Source of the DNA: Ylistrum balloti
Taxonomy: Eukaryota
DNA: 64,000 nt
Direction: 5' to 3'
NCBI RefSeq assembly: GCF_031769215.1
Contig: NW_026782299.1
Coordinates: forward strand, 3,286,001 to 3,350,000
Shown here piece by piece: positions 1 to 12,765 of this stretch. The position numbers were made by a program, and so were the translations under genes. Each line of letters opens with the position of its first letter. Within the stretch, counting starts at the first letter, position 1. A model generated the notes under the pieces. The model was given only the letters and a program-made list of their open reading frames with translations. It was not told where the DNA came from and made no database searches.

Positions 1-1277
1 AAGGTACAAAGTCTTATTTAATAACATTTACAAATGACTGTAACAAAGTAGAATGTGGGGGACTATGATTACTAAACTACAAACCTAAAAAACTTAAAAA
101 TAGGTCAGTGGTAGATTTCATTTAAATGGCCTTGGTGTAAGATGGAGGTGAAAAAGCTTGAGGACGGATAGATAACACCACACTTAAACATATTTCTTTA
201 CCACGTTACTATCTTCATTATATTTACTCATTTTTTCTTACAGACAGATTGGCAATCTCTGACAGGACTATCACTTTTTTCCACAATCCAATCAATTTTC
301 TATAAAGAACACATTGAAAAACTGTGCATTTTTACATAACTCTTTCAAAAACAATATCATTTTGATATAAAGATCTACACCTATTCACACTAAATGCTCT
401 AAAAATATCATGCCCGATTCATTGCTTTTCTCCATAATGAAGATAATTCTTTTAACAAAGTTGACCTTGTGTATTTCAATTAAATCTATCAATATATAAC
501 AGCAGTGATATTGTTACATGGTATAGCTGCAGGTGATTTCTGTTATGATCTCCTGATTTTTATAATGTTTTTTCTATCTAAACGGTTACTGTGATAACAC
601 TAACAGTTCCACTTCAGTAATGAAAGTAGCACACAGCGAGACACTTATGAAGGGAGTCATCAGTATGGTTATGTCAGAAAACAAATTTGCTGACAAGGAA
701 AACTGTTGTCCTGTCATGTTAATTGTTCAACTGATTAAATACATCTCATCTTACAGGTGCAATAACGATAATCTTTCAATTCTGCAAAAAGATCTTAACA
801 GTTTTGTTGTATTTTAAAACCTAACAACATCTGAGGTAAACCCGTTCAGACCATTAAATACTGATACAGGTCTTGAAACCTTCAGAAAAGTCTGTCAGTA
901 ATAATATCAGCATATCTCACACTGTTTCACAAATTTGAATTCTCGTCAAACAGTTCCAGCCGATTGAAAATTGACACACACGTACAAGAAAGTGGTCTGA
1001 TGCTAAACAGACACATTAAGTCTAGAACTGCTTTCATTTACACATACAAACCAACAGCAAACAAACCAATATGTTATCTTTTAAATGTAACAATTCAGGT
1101 ACAAATCAGGACCATCTGCAGTTATTGATAAAAGCCTCGTAAGATTTTCTCAAAACTTTCATAATTCAAAAGATCACGATCTTTATTTTGTGCCAGTATC
1201 AGCTTCTTCTCTACATTTTGTTTACAAGAGCTCTCTCATCTCTATAAATAAACATGACAGTGTCCCAGCAGTGTGTC

Positions 1278-4200
1278 TTAGTCCAGTATCACTTGTCCCT
1301 GTGAACCGTCAGGCATTATGTGTTTTTTACCGTGATGAATGTCATACTCTCGACGCAGAAATGCAAAAAGAAGGTCTGTGACTAGGAATATCTGAAAAAG
1401 CAGCACATATATATTAAACAGTAATAGTTTTTAACTCTTCTCTTATATGATATACATAAACCTGCTCATAATTCACATTTCTTGTGCTAAAATTCAGTGA
1501 AGACTATTTTAACAAGTTTGCAAAGATGACATGTACTAGTATCATATTGAAGTCTAATTTTAGGTTTTATTTTCCGTGAATATGTGGTCTTACCTCGGCT
1601 GTTGAGAACACTAAAGCAATGGCAAAGTAGAAGTTAGCATTAGCGCTTCCAGCATATAACCATAGATGATGAAGGATCGGCGCAAACACCGTCGTACAGA
1701 TGAACATGCATGTCACTACAAATGTATTACGCATATCTGAAAAGAAATAGATATTAAGTATTGCACAATTAGGATCCACACTAGATCTAGATTCAATGTT
1801 CTTTTTATAAATAAATACATTCAAACTGTTTATCCACTGTATGTAATAATACCTATTTCTTCCTCTGACTTCTTATTTCTTTACTCAATTTATGTTCACA
1901 TAAGATGCATCATCTAGTGGTGTAGTTGGGTTTTTGTTGATCATGTATGCTACGATATGGATGACACTACATTACTGTAATGTCTATTTTACTGCTTTCA
2001 CATTTCACATATAAAGAATTCATCAAATCAAAGTTTAAAAGGATCATGCACACGATCTATATTTTTCCATTTACAAAACAATTTTCTGAGTTGTCTTCTA
2101 TAGAATGAGCATGAATTTTGTAGAGTTTAGAGACTCAAAAAAGTTTTACATAAATTGAGAATAACACAAAATCAATAACATCTCTTTTGACTCATATAAA
2201 TAAACACTTAAAATGACTCTTTTTCACCTATCAGCATCTATGTTTGAGGCAATGCTTAATTTGTCTACATTTATAAAGACATAACTCCTAATTAACGCAT
2301 TAATCTACATTCACCCAATATTACCTACATAGATACTTACATGAGAACACATGTTTCCATAAAGGTAGTAAACACAGAAAGAGTCCCACATCAGCAAAAC
2401 TGGGATAGGATTTAAATATTCCAATCAGGAAGATTAGGAGGTACAGCAGAAAAAGTGGATGTTCTCTACAATAAACATACAGGATATCTTAATTTCTTAA
2501 TTAATTAATACTTCTAAATTGTCCAGACAAATATTTATCAATTTTTAGTATTGTTTGTTTGTTAGCATTCCATGAATAGCCGGGTCATTCTGAGGCAAGA
2601 ATTACCCCGAAGTAGCTGGTGGCTACCTTACTGAACAAAATTCACGTGTCAAGTCAGCCAAAATTGTTAGAGTAGGGAGACCAACCATCCAGAACCGTTA
2701 GATTAAGAAAGACTCCTTATCCAGAACTATTAGAGAAGGGAAGACCAGTCATCCAGAACTATTAGAGTGGGGAGACCAGTCATCCATAACTGTTAGAGAT
2801 GGGAGACCAGTCATCCAGAACTGTTAGAGAAGGGGAGACCAGCACTCCAGATCTGTTAGAGAAGGGAGACCAGTCATCTAGAACTGTTAGAGATGGGAGA
2901 CTAGTCATCCATAACTGTTAGAGATGGGAGACCAGTCATCCAGAACTGTTAGAGAAGGGGAGACCAGTACTCCAGATCTGTTAGAGAAGGGAGACCAGTC
3001 ATCTAGAACTGTTAGAGTAGGGAAGACCAGTCATCCAGAACTGTTAGAGAAGCGGAGACCAGCCATCCATAACTGTTAGAGTAGGGAAGACCAGTCATCC
3101 AGAACTATTAGATTGGGGAAGACCAGTCATCTAGAACTATCAGAAAAGGGAGACAGCCATTCAGAACTGTTAAAAGAAGGCAGACCAGTCATCCAGAACT
3201 GTTAGAGAAGGGAGACCAATCATCCAGAACTGCTAGAGTAAAATGTCTTGCCAAGGACACAATCATGACAACACAGAATGATTCATTTCTCAGCTTCATG
3301 AAAAACAAAACCGCCTTAGGTTATTAGAATTGAACCAAACACCTCAGATTGTCACTGACATAGTTATCACTGCTCTGAGTCAGTAAAGTCAGAAGAAAAT
3401 TACCTAATATATTGAAATTTATCGGAAATTTCTTATTGGAAAACTACATTCATTTTGAGATATCATTTGCAAGGAATATTTATTACAATACATGCCCATG
3501 GATAACATGATATACTTGAGGTGATCAATATAAAAATTAAAAGTGAAAACAACAGGTCACAATCTCTCCCACTTAAGGGCAATAACTTTGTCAGATACAC
3601 ATAAACATCGTCATAACAGTAAACAATCTGTACATCTGTAAAAAACATCATGACAGTTGAAGGTTCTTTAAAAAAAAATGTAAGTATACAAAGGGAAACA
3701 ACTCAATATGTCTTTCATGATGAATAATTTGATCCTTAGGTCAACACTATACCTGGGGTCATTGTGTAATTATCAATATTTACAACCTCTTGATTTCTTT
3801 AATAGGTTAAATTACATTACAACTGGTTGTTTTTGAGACTGAGAAACAAGTTTGGTGAATAGTAACCAATAAAATTTAAAGGTATGAGGCTTTTTAATCA
3901 GCGATTTCCATCAGTAGAAATGCTGTCCTCAGGCCTTGTCTTCATTGTCCTTCAGTTGTTAAATTTTCTTCAATTACATTTTCATTCAGTAATTATTTCT
4001 ACTCTATAGAATGTGATTTTTTAGATAATAACCATTTTTTGTTTTTTTTTAAAGGATGAAATGTAACCACAACATTTAAGATACATTTTAGTTCATATCA
4101 TCATTAAAATCTTGTTAACCATTAGAAAATATTAAAAAAAAAAAAAAAATGAAAATTTTCAGTAATTTTTGGTGATTCAATCAGTTGCACTGAAAAAGGA

Positions 4201-7200
4201 TACTCTATCAAATTTTATTTGTAGCAGATATATCTGTAGACTAATGTAATTTTGTTATAACACAAGTCACAACATTAAACTTGTAGTGACTGCTATTTGG
4301 CATTACACCCCTTTTTTTAAATCTGACAAAATTTTACCTGTAATTCAGCTGTTTTACATGGATCTTGATGGTTAAATCGCAGTTTACAAGACAATGCTGT
4401 ATGTCTTCATTTCATGATTATTTTCTAGAGCAACACTGACTGTTTCTTACCTGAGTTTGACAGAGAGTGGAACGGTGTAGATGATGACATTGATTTGAAA
4501 TACAAAGATGAAGAAAGTGCGGAAATGCTCAAACATCTCGGTAAAAAAATACCAGAAAACCCCCAGATTTGGTGTCAGATCCGGCACAGTCAATCTGAAA
4601 ACACAGAAATTAGAGAAATAACTGGATATTCTAAGTCTCCTAAAACAACTGCCATAATCAAGCAAAATGATTAATTTGTCAAATATAAAAAATGAATTCA
4701 TGTCAATTTTATTGAAATAAAAAACAATGTTTTAAATCAAAGCAATATTAAATTCTGTGTAAAATTCCTCTCAAATCAGAAAATAAATTAACATACTTTG
4801 CTGTCAAATTAGAAAATTAACACATGATTGAATTACTAATGAATTTCTATCAGTTCAACAGAATATAGAACTATGATATCTTACATAAGACTAAAACATA
4901 ATAATAAAACTCATAGAGGGTTGTGAATTCTGTCCTGCAAAATATCAAATTTTATAGAAAAGCTTTTGTATAAATTTCAGTAGGAAGTTTCCTTTTTTGT
5001 TTGCATGCTTACGTAAAACCATAGGTTGAGTACAGGAAATCCCAGGATTGTTCTAGGTAAGCTGACACACCGATAAATGCTGCTAACCAAGTCAGTGTGA
5101 TGAAACTGATCTGAGAATAGCTGAACAGGGCCTGGCGATCACAGTAAGTCTCACTGGCAGGCTTGGAATGCTTACAAATGGAAATTTAAACAAAAAATTT
5201 GGACAAAGTATAATTATGATAGTTTGTAGCGAAACAAAAATAACTTTCTAAATCTTGTTGTTTATTGAACGAATGGTCCAAATTATTTGTATCAGTAAAT
5301 ATCAAAACATTTCAAATATCAGAAATATATGTGTTGAATGAAATACAATACACTGAATCTGTTCATATTAGACAATTCACATCATCCCTTAGCTCAGATG
5401 GACTATCAAATCAATGTTTGCCAAGCAAATATGTTTTAAATCCAATTTATTGCAAAATATTGTTAAGACTTAAAGTATCATTCACTCAAAATGGTGTGAG
5501 AAAGAGGATTCTCAACCCAAAGGGTAAAGTTCTTATGTTGAAAACGTATGGCTATTCCCAGGTCTGATTCAGAATCTAACTACAAGGGTTGAGATTTCAT
5601 ATCTTCCACTTACATGGTCAGATCTCATATAACTGATATTGATGGTATTTCTGAAGACATGACTGACACTCCTGTTCTTTTATTTGAGAAAGAACTAAAT
5701 ATTACCCTTACATCATACGAACCTTGTAAAAGTAAATAGCCACTGGAGCCAAAAGGATGATGGGATACATTGTGAGGTAGGAAGCTAATGCCAAAAAACA
5801 TCCACACATAATTTTGTTACCTGTAAAAGTAAAAACATTCTATATAATTATCAACATACATTGTAAGATCTTGTAAAGTTAGTAAAGGGCAATAACTCTA
5901 TATCAAATGATGTACCACAGGTAAAAAGATTTGTTAAATATGCCTCAAAATAGATGAAACATAATAACAAAGGACAATACCTCTGAATATATAGGGAAAT
6001 AATGGATGAAGAAGTATATTAATCATATCTCAAGCCAGACAATGTATGCTATTGAAGGACAATAACTCAATACAGTGGCTCCACTGTGATATTCAAAGTT
6101 AAGCACATAATATCATTTGGAGTATGTATGACCTGCAATTTTAAAATTATATAAAGAAAACAACATTACCCTTCAGTAAGAAGTACATGGTAAACAGGAT
6201 TGCCATGTTGTTGAAAATGCCTGTAGACCTGGCAAGGCAGGCTGCTATACAGTATGGATTGAAAGCATGACTGAAAAGGTAGAGACAAAGCATAATTTAA
6301 TAGAACTACAGTGTTCCATCAAACACAGGGATAAAATTCAACATTAGTTCATTTATCAATAATTGAAAAGTAAAACCACAATATGATTTTAAGAAATGTA
6401 TATTCATAAACAGCCTTTTTTCAATTGGATAAATATTTGAAGAATTAAATAAACTGAAACCTTTAAGCAATGGGTTAGATTTTCATTGGGTTTTTTTTGC
6501 AATTTTTCACATTCAGCACATTTCAGGTAGAGAGAGAAATTTGTTGAGGAACAAACATTTTCAGCATGATCATTTTTCTAACACATTAGTATTAGAAAGT
6601 AAATGGGACAATTTATAGTTTACAAATCCCTGACAGGTCACAGGACACAACATTTCTTGTCTGTATATAACTCTGAGGATGAAACAACCCAGAAATGTAT
6701 GACAATGCTGAAAGTTAAATAAACATGGATGAACTACCTAGGAATACTCACGCTATTGTGACAAACAGCTGGACAGATTGTAGGTCCTCTGTTCGCAGAA
6801 TAAGGCTATCTACATCAGTAGCATAGTTCTTGACATTATGGGCCTGATGCATTAACTATACAAACAGATTGTGATGGGAATAAGTTGAAATCTTTTATAT
6901 CCAAGGATTAACTCAAGAAAGCTGAAATAATTCACCCACTGGTTTATTGATCTATCATTACAATGTGTACAATAGTTGTCTTGGAAATAACAGTAAAATC
7001 TACAACACAGGAGTTATTGCGAGTGTATTCTGTATCTCCTACATTATCCAAGTCACCTCTCTAAATATTTATAATAAAGAATAACCTGTAGATCACTTAG
7101 GCAATAAGAATTGTATGGTTTAAGTGTCACTACACTTGAAGATTTTTGGAGATGAAGAATGAGGAAAATGTTATTTGTCTCTTAAAATAAAAATAAAAAA

Positions 7201-10200
7201 CATTCATGCAGCACTTTAACTCTACATATCCTTCCACTTCTCTCAATTTTTTCCTTAAATATTTTTCTAAATATTTGTCAGACCTTTCAAAAACATATCT
7301 TCATCTGTGTTTGGCCTAATGGAATGCATTGATATATATATATTTATAATTACCAAATATCCTCCGAACATCCTTGTAATTTTCAACAGCAGGATAGCAC
7401 ACACCAAATCAAAGGCCTGAAATATGGAATATTGGGTACTTTGTTAGATATCTGGGAGAAAGAAAAACACACACATGAGCATACATGATAAATAATGTAT
7501 CAAACATATCTATACACAGAAACTGTGAATCACACATTTACATAGGTATAGCTATATTTGAATTACACAGGATTAACTGAAAATGTGAATTACACCTACT
7601 TACTTTAAAATCATCTATAATTATTATGTGAATCACATCTATTGTGCGATTCACACCTGCAAACTGAAAATGTAAAACAAACCTACAAGCTAAAAGTGTG
7701 AAACATACCTACCAACTGAATATTATACTGGTATACAATTATTATGTGAAACACCTACGAACTGAAAATGCAAATTATATCAAAACACAGATAATAGGTA
7801 TCACACCTAAATGCAAATCCTACATGATGTATAGGTACACAGATAATAAGAATCACACCAATGCACAGAAAATGTGAATCACACATAAAAAGCTTAAGTG
7901 AATCACACACTATACACATAGTGTGTATCTTAAAGTCAAATGATAAACATTGCCCGATCTCAATTCTTGAAAGACAAGTGATTTTTGTAAGATTCAAGTG
8001 TAGAATATCAATTCAAATTTTAATGAGTCTCAATACTTAAGAGATAGAAATAGCAGGTTTTCAAAATTTGAGTTAGTCCCTAAGGAAAAGCAGAGAGCAG
8101 GACTTAAGTATGTTGGACCCAAAACCCACTGGAATATTAAATAACATTGAATATTTTAACCTGTGCCCTTATCTCAACAGTCATGATAATTAGGTATAAC
8201 ACAAAAAATTCATACAATTAACTTTAACAATAATCTAAAGTCAATATGAAATAGAGGACAGAAGTTCTATATATATAACACATTTACAACACAACACTCC
8301 AACATTATTTTTTAAGATTTTGAAAATTTACAAGTCTGGGTACTGAGTTTTTGTAAATAACTATTAAATCAAGTATAAAGGTGACAAAACAATTACTCAG
8401 AACTTACCACAAACATCAAATTGATGTTGTTTTGTGAAAACTTGCTCATGAAGCCCAATAACCTCAGCATCAAAGGTGTCTGGAATTGAAATGAAATTGG
8501 TACTAGTTCATAAAATATAACATTTAGATGATCCTGTTTATATGATTAAGCATATTATATCTAATAACAAGACCTTCATACACAGATGATGAAACAAATC
8601 TGTGTATCTGATAATGTGAATCACAAACGTCCTTTATATACAGATTATATACAAATATATGATAATTGATCAGATAATAACATATATTTAATTGATTCTG
8701 TTTAAGACCAGACCCATTGACCTCTTGCTTTATGAACATGTAATGACTTCTAACAAATACGCTATAAACAGGAAACCTACTTCCTTGAGCTGTAAGAAAA
8801 CAACTAGCATCTCAACAGGGTCACATATTTCTTTTGGAAAGAATTTGTACTGAATTCCCCTACACAATCTTAACTAACAATGTGTATGGAATACTGGTAA
8901 GGCTTAATATTTATGTTCATATGTCTTTGTGTCCCTATATGGGCACATGAATCATGTAACAAATCTAGATCAACAAGCCATCCCTTTAGAGGGAACCCGA
9001 AACCACCAGTCTTTTTTAACTATTTTACCAGAGAAAAGCTCATGCAGCAAAAATGGGGGTAGGCTTATCTCAATCTAATCTAATATTGGATAATTAATAG
9101 GTTGCGATTTGTCAAATAATTAGACCAAAAGGAAAAGCCTCACAAGGCTGCAATTAACTATACTCTATGAAATAAGCTTCAGTTTAAAGAAAGAGTATCT
9201 TATCTGAAAGACAAAAAGGACATTCCAAATAAAATATGAAATACAACACAAAATACAAACCTCATGAAAAAGGTCTCCTGAATATGGAGAAATAAAACTC
9301 TGCTTCAGAGACAAGCCTTCCATTGCTGTAAAAGAAATTGCAAACACTAACTTAAAGTGCCATAACAATAGTGTATATACAATTTGTGTTTTCTGTTTTC
9401 AAAATTAAAAGAAAACTAATTCATTTATATTGTAGAAGCTCAGAGTACAGGTCCCCTTGCCAGCCTCAGCTATTAGGAATTTCCCTTTAGACAAGTGGTA
9501 AATTGTCTAGCTAGAGACTGATGGGCTGCTTGTTTGAACGTTAACCCCACCAGTGGCTGGGTGTTTTTCCTTACTCCTTCTTATAACAATATAAAAGGGT
9601 AAAACATCCATATCCAAATATGAAACTAGCACATTACCATATCTGGTTTTGACAAATTAAAGGAACTTGTGTATGGCACTATCAAGACACATTTTGTGAA
9701 ATGATTGCTGGAAAGTGCATTTGGTTTGTACGTGTACATGAACAGCACTTGTTTGGGTTGTAGTTTGTGAACTGGGAAAATTTTTGAAAAAATATGATGA
9801 CAGGAAAACTTTTGTATTGTGTTTTTTATATGCATGAGGGTCAAAATTATATATAATTCATATATATCATATACATAAATTTTTGAATTTTCCCAATCTT
9901 CACAATGATCAATTAAGCATATACCATACAAGCTAAGGCAAGAGAACACAACTGGAAGGGAATGTAGTGTGGAAGATTTTAACTGTATGTGGTGTTTTAG
10001 ATGTGGTCATTTTCAACGAAGCACTATAGGGAATTTCCCTTCAGCTTCACTTGAATGGCAGTTGACTGGGTTTGATCCTCAGTGGTGGCTTATAATTCAG
10101 TTATATATACTTTCCATCTCTGTTAACCATTAAAGGGGTTTCGACAGCTCGACCATTCGGTTAAGAGGGGTAGCCTTTTTAACATCAGGTGAAAATCAGG

Positions 10201-10678
10201 GGTGTGTGAATCAACGCTCCTCACCTATGTCAGTATGTGTTTCTCATGAAATTGGGAAATGGACCGGTTCGTGCTGACGTGGTTGTTTCCTTGGGTATTT
10301 AGGAGCACTATTCCTTATTTTGTTAATTTGTCTGGATTACATCCGACGGGCCTCTCATACCTATTCGATGAGGTAGCTACCAGCTATCACTAACTGACTT
10401 CCACTCAAAATGACCTTTCCTCTAAAGATAGGTAAATACATTTACATGTACTTGATTAGCTGCAAAATTGTCAGAGCTAGGCCGGCTAGGGAGGGGGGAT
10501 ATACAAACATGAGCACTTGTAATTATCATTCAAATAAAAACATACCTCTCTCCCATGAGGTCATCGGTGTCACAATTTCTGCTCTCGTTGAAAGCCATTC
10601 TGGGAGAAATGATCTGTAAAGCCAAAGCCGGAAGAATACTCCGGCTATAACGCAAACCAGAGTTTGCAAAGCCGCCAT
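1278..10678 (-). CDS. PIGU: GPI transamidase subunit PIG-U, complete 12-exon gene, 439 aa
   Basis: Exons in transcript order: 10546-10678, 9261-9325, 8408-8479, 7354-7416, 6752-6855, 6170-6270, 5723-5820, 5013-5170, 4451-4594, 2341-2465, 1594-1736, 1278-1391. All junctions are GT-AG and phases are consistent (1320 nt). Recognisable PIG-U motifs: [88 protein letters not shown]. Confidence 0.96.
2666..3240. repeat. Intronic minisatellite, ~31-32 bp unit (CCAGTCATCCAGAACTGTTAGAGAAGGGAGA-like), about 18 copies
   Basis: Direct tandem repeats visible inside the PIGU intron between exons at 2465 and 4451. Confidence 0.9.
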
Positions 10679-10870
10679 TATTGTTTCCGTGTCAGGGTCT
10701 CAATCGTGCTCAATCGTGTATGATCAATAAAAGGCTCGTAATCAATAATTCAAAACGTTCTGACGACGTTGATTTCAAATATTATTCCGAATGGTGAAAT
10801 ACCGGTAAAGGGAAGGTACTCTTGTGAAATAAACAAAAAACTGCGGGAAACACCAAGGAAATAGTAAGTA
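10679..10870. promoter_or_regulatory. Probable shared (bidirectional) promoter region of PIGU and the first DUSP gene
   Basis: The PIGU ATG is at 10678 on the minus strand. The segment is CpG-enriched, and a plus-strand donor-like GTAAGT at 10864 could end a non-coding first exon. Inference only. Confidence 0.4.
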
Positions 10871-11225
10871 AGTCGTAAATGGTGTTATTTCAATATTTTG
10901 AGGCATTTCATATTTTTTCAATCCGCTTAGAAACTACGTATGTAAAATTATTAGTTAAATGAAATTATTTTGATTTGAACGCAATGTTTATTACCTGTAG
11001 ATGAGTGAAGGAAAATTCGTTGTCATCAGCGTTCATTTATTTTTTTCCCCTCTAATCGCGGTATATCTAGATTATCAGTCCTCTACACCAGACTCATATA
11101 TGTAAATACATAATATACAGGTATAGAAAATACACATGTACATAAATATAGCTATAGTTAAAGTTTGATTGTTGCTATAGTTATAATAAAACCCTTTTGT
11201 TGTTCCCATTTCTCATAAGTATTTC

Positions 11226-11403
11226 TAAATAAGGGCTCTACTACACTTTAAAGTTAGTTAACTTAAATTGGACTAGACATTGAATAGTTTTTTTAATGAG
11301 CCTGTAACCCTTTTGTTGACATGCTAAATAAGGGCTCTACTACACTTTAAAGTTAGTTAACTTAAATTGGACCAGACATTGAATAGTTTTTTGAATGAGC
11401 CTG
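11226..11403. repeat. Local direct duplication of ~79 bp
   Basis: TAAATAAGGGCTCTACTACACTTTAAAGTTAGTTAACTTAAATTGGAC...GAGCCTG occurs at ~11226-11304 and again at ~11325-11403. Confidence 0.85.
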
Positions 11404-12189
11404 ACCGACATGCGTTTCGGAACGACCAATTTGTCGACCCGTATCACTTTGACCTGCTTGACCTCGCACCTGGATAATATTGGTTGCTGTAACATGTTAG
11501 GTTTCCAGAGAATGGATATCCGTGATTGAAACCATCCACCATAAACTTTTTGAGATTTTTTTTGTAAATTTATGTAACTTTCTTAATGCACATTTTTACA
11601 TGCCAAACATCCTCCCACATATGATGAAATAAACTATCAATCCACCCTCGACTACCAATGTTTTGTTGTCGTCTGTTCAGTGAATGAAAATCGATCAGGA
11701 ATAATAGGCCACACCTTGCATTTTTTGGTTACAAATGTGTGAACAAGAACATCTTATATTGAAAAAGTGGTGCTTTTTAATGTCTCACTTTCGATGACTC
11801 ATGAATGAATCGAAATTTGAAATCGCCAATCTCATTTCACTTTCGCCAATGGCGCCTTTGGCGATCGACAGCGCGAGCCCTGAACGATGAAAAATTAACT
11901 TCATTTAAATATTTTGTGTTGTAAAAACGAAATTTTCCAAGAAATATGGTATATTTGAGCAAAAACAACCAAAGCACACATCAACACAGATATACATCAT
12001 TTTTTGTACCATTATTTTTTTTTTTTTTTTTATTTTTTGCTGTCATCCAAATGTCATTCCTGATGATGATTTTTTGTAATGCCTTTGTACTTCTGGGTCA
12101 CTGTAAGCAGACCTTAGCATCTCTGTGACTTAGTGATGTCATCAGAAATGCAAGTGCAGTCACATGTCCAATACACATGTTAATCATTT

Positions 12190-12420
12190 CAGGTGAGCAA
12201 AATTGAGGTCATCAATGACTATCCGAATTGCCCTGCATCTGTGGTCCATAGTCCATCCGTCCGTCTGTAAATAATTTTTGTTATTGCTATTTCATGATGA
12301 TTATTTCTCAAATTTCATGTATATGTTCCCCTTGCTACTTAGTTGTGTGAATTTTATTCCAGGTCATTTTAATTTATTTACGTTTTGTTTGGTGGCAATT
12401 TGTTGACATAGCATAGTTAG
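12190..12420 (+). mobile_element. Fragment of a non-autonomous Helentron/HINE-like interspersed repeat
   Basis: GTCCATCCGTCCGTCTG microsatellite followed by CTCAAATTTCATGTATATGTTCCCC, a motif also present three times at 47456-47730. Confidence 0.5.
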
Positions 12421-12765
12421 TGAGATGGTACTTAAGGGGTCCAAAACTAATGCACCAAGGATATATGTTTTGAGTTTTATGGAGTTGCCAATGGTATTTT
12501 CTGAAGTTCAGAAAAAAATGCCTGGAGCTCAAACAAAACTAGCAAAACCAATATGAGAGGTAAAGTGAAGTAAAGGTGAGTTGAAATAATTTCCTCTTGA
12601 TCATAAAAGTATTACATTTGACCATCATCACCATCACAAAAAATTGTGCTGTCATATTTATTTGAAATAATTATATGTACATTTTGTATATTTGTTCTAA
12701 ATTTTGCTGTTTCAGGTGTTGAAACAACTTATTTTTTATGTGAGAATTACCTGCAAACAAGAAGT

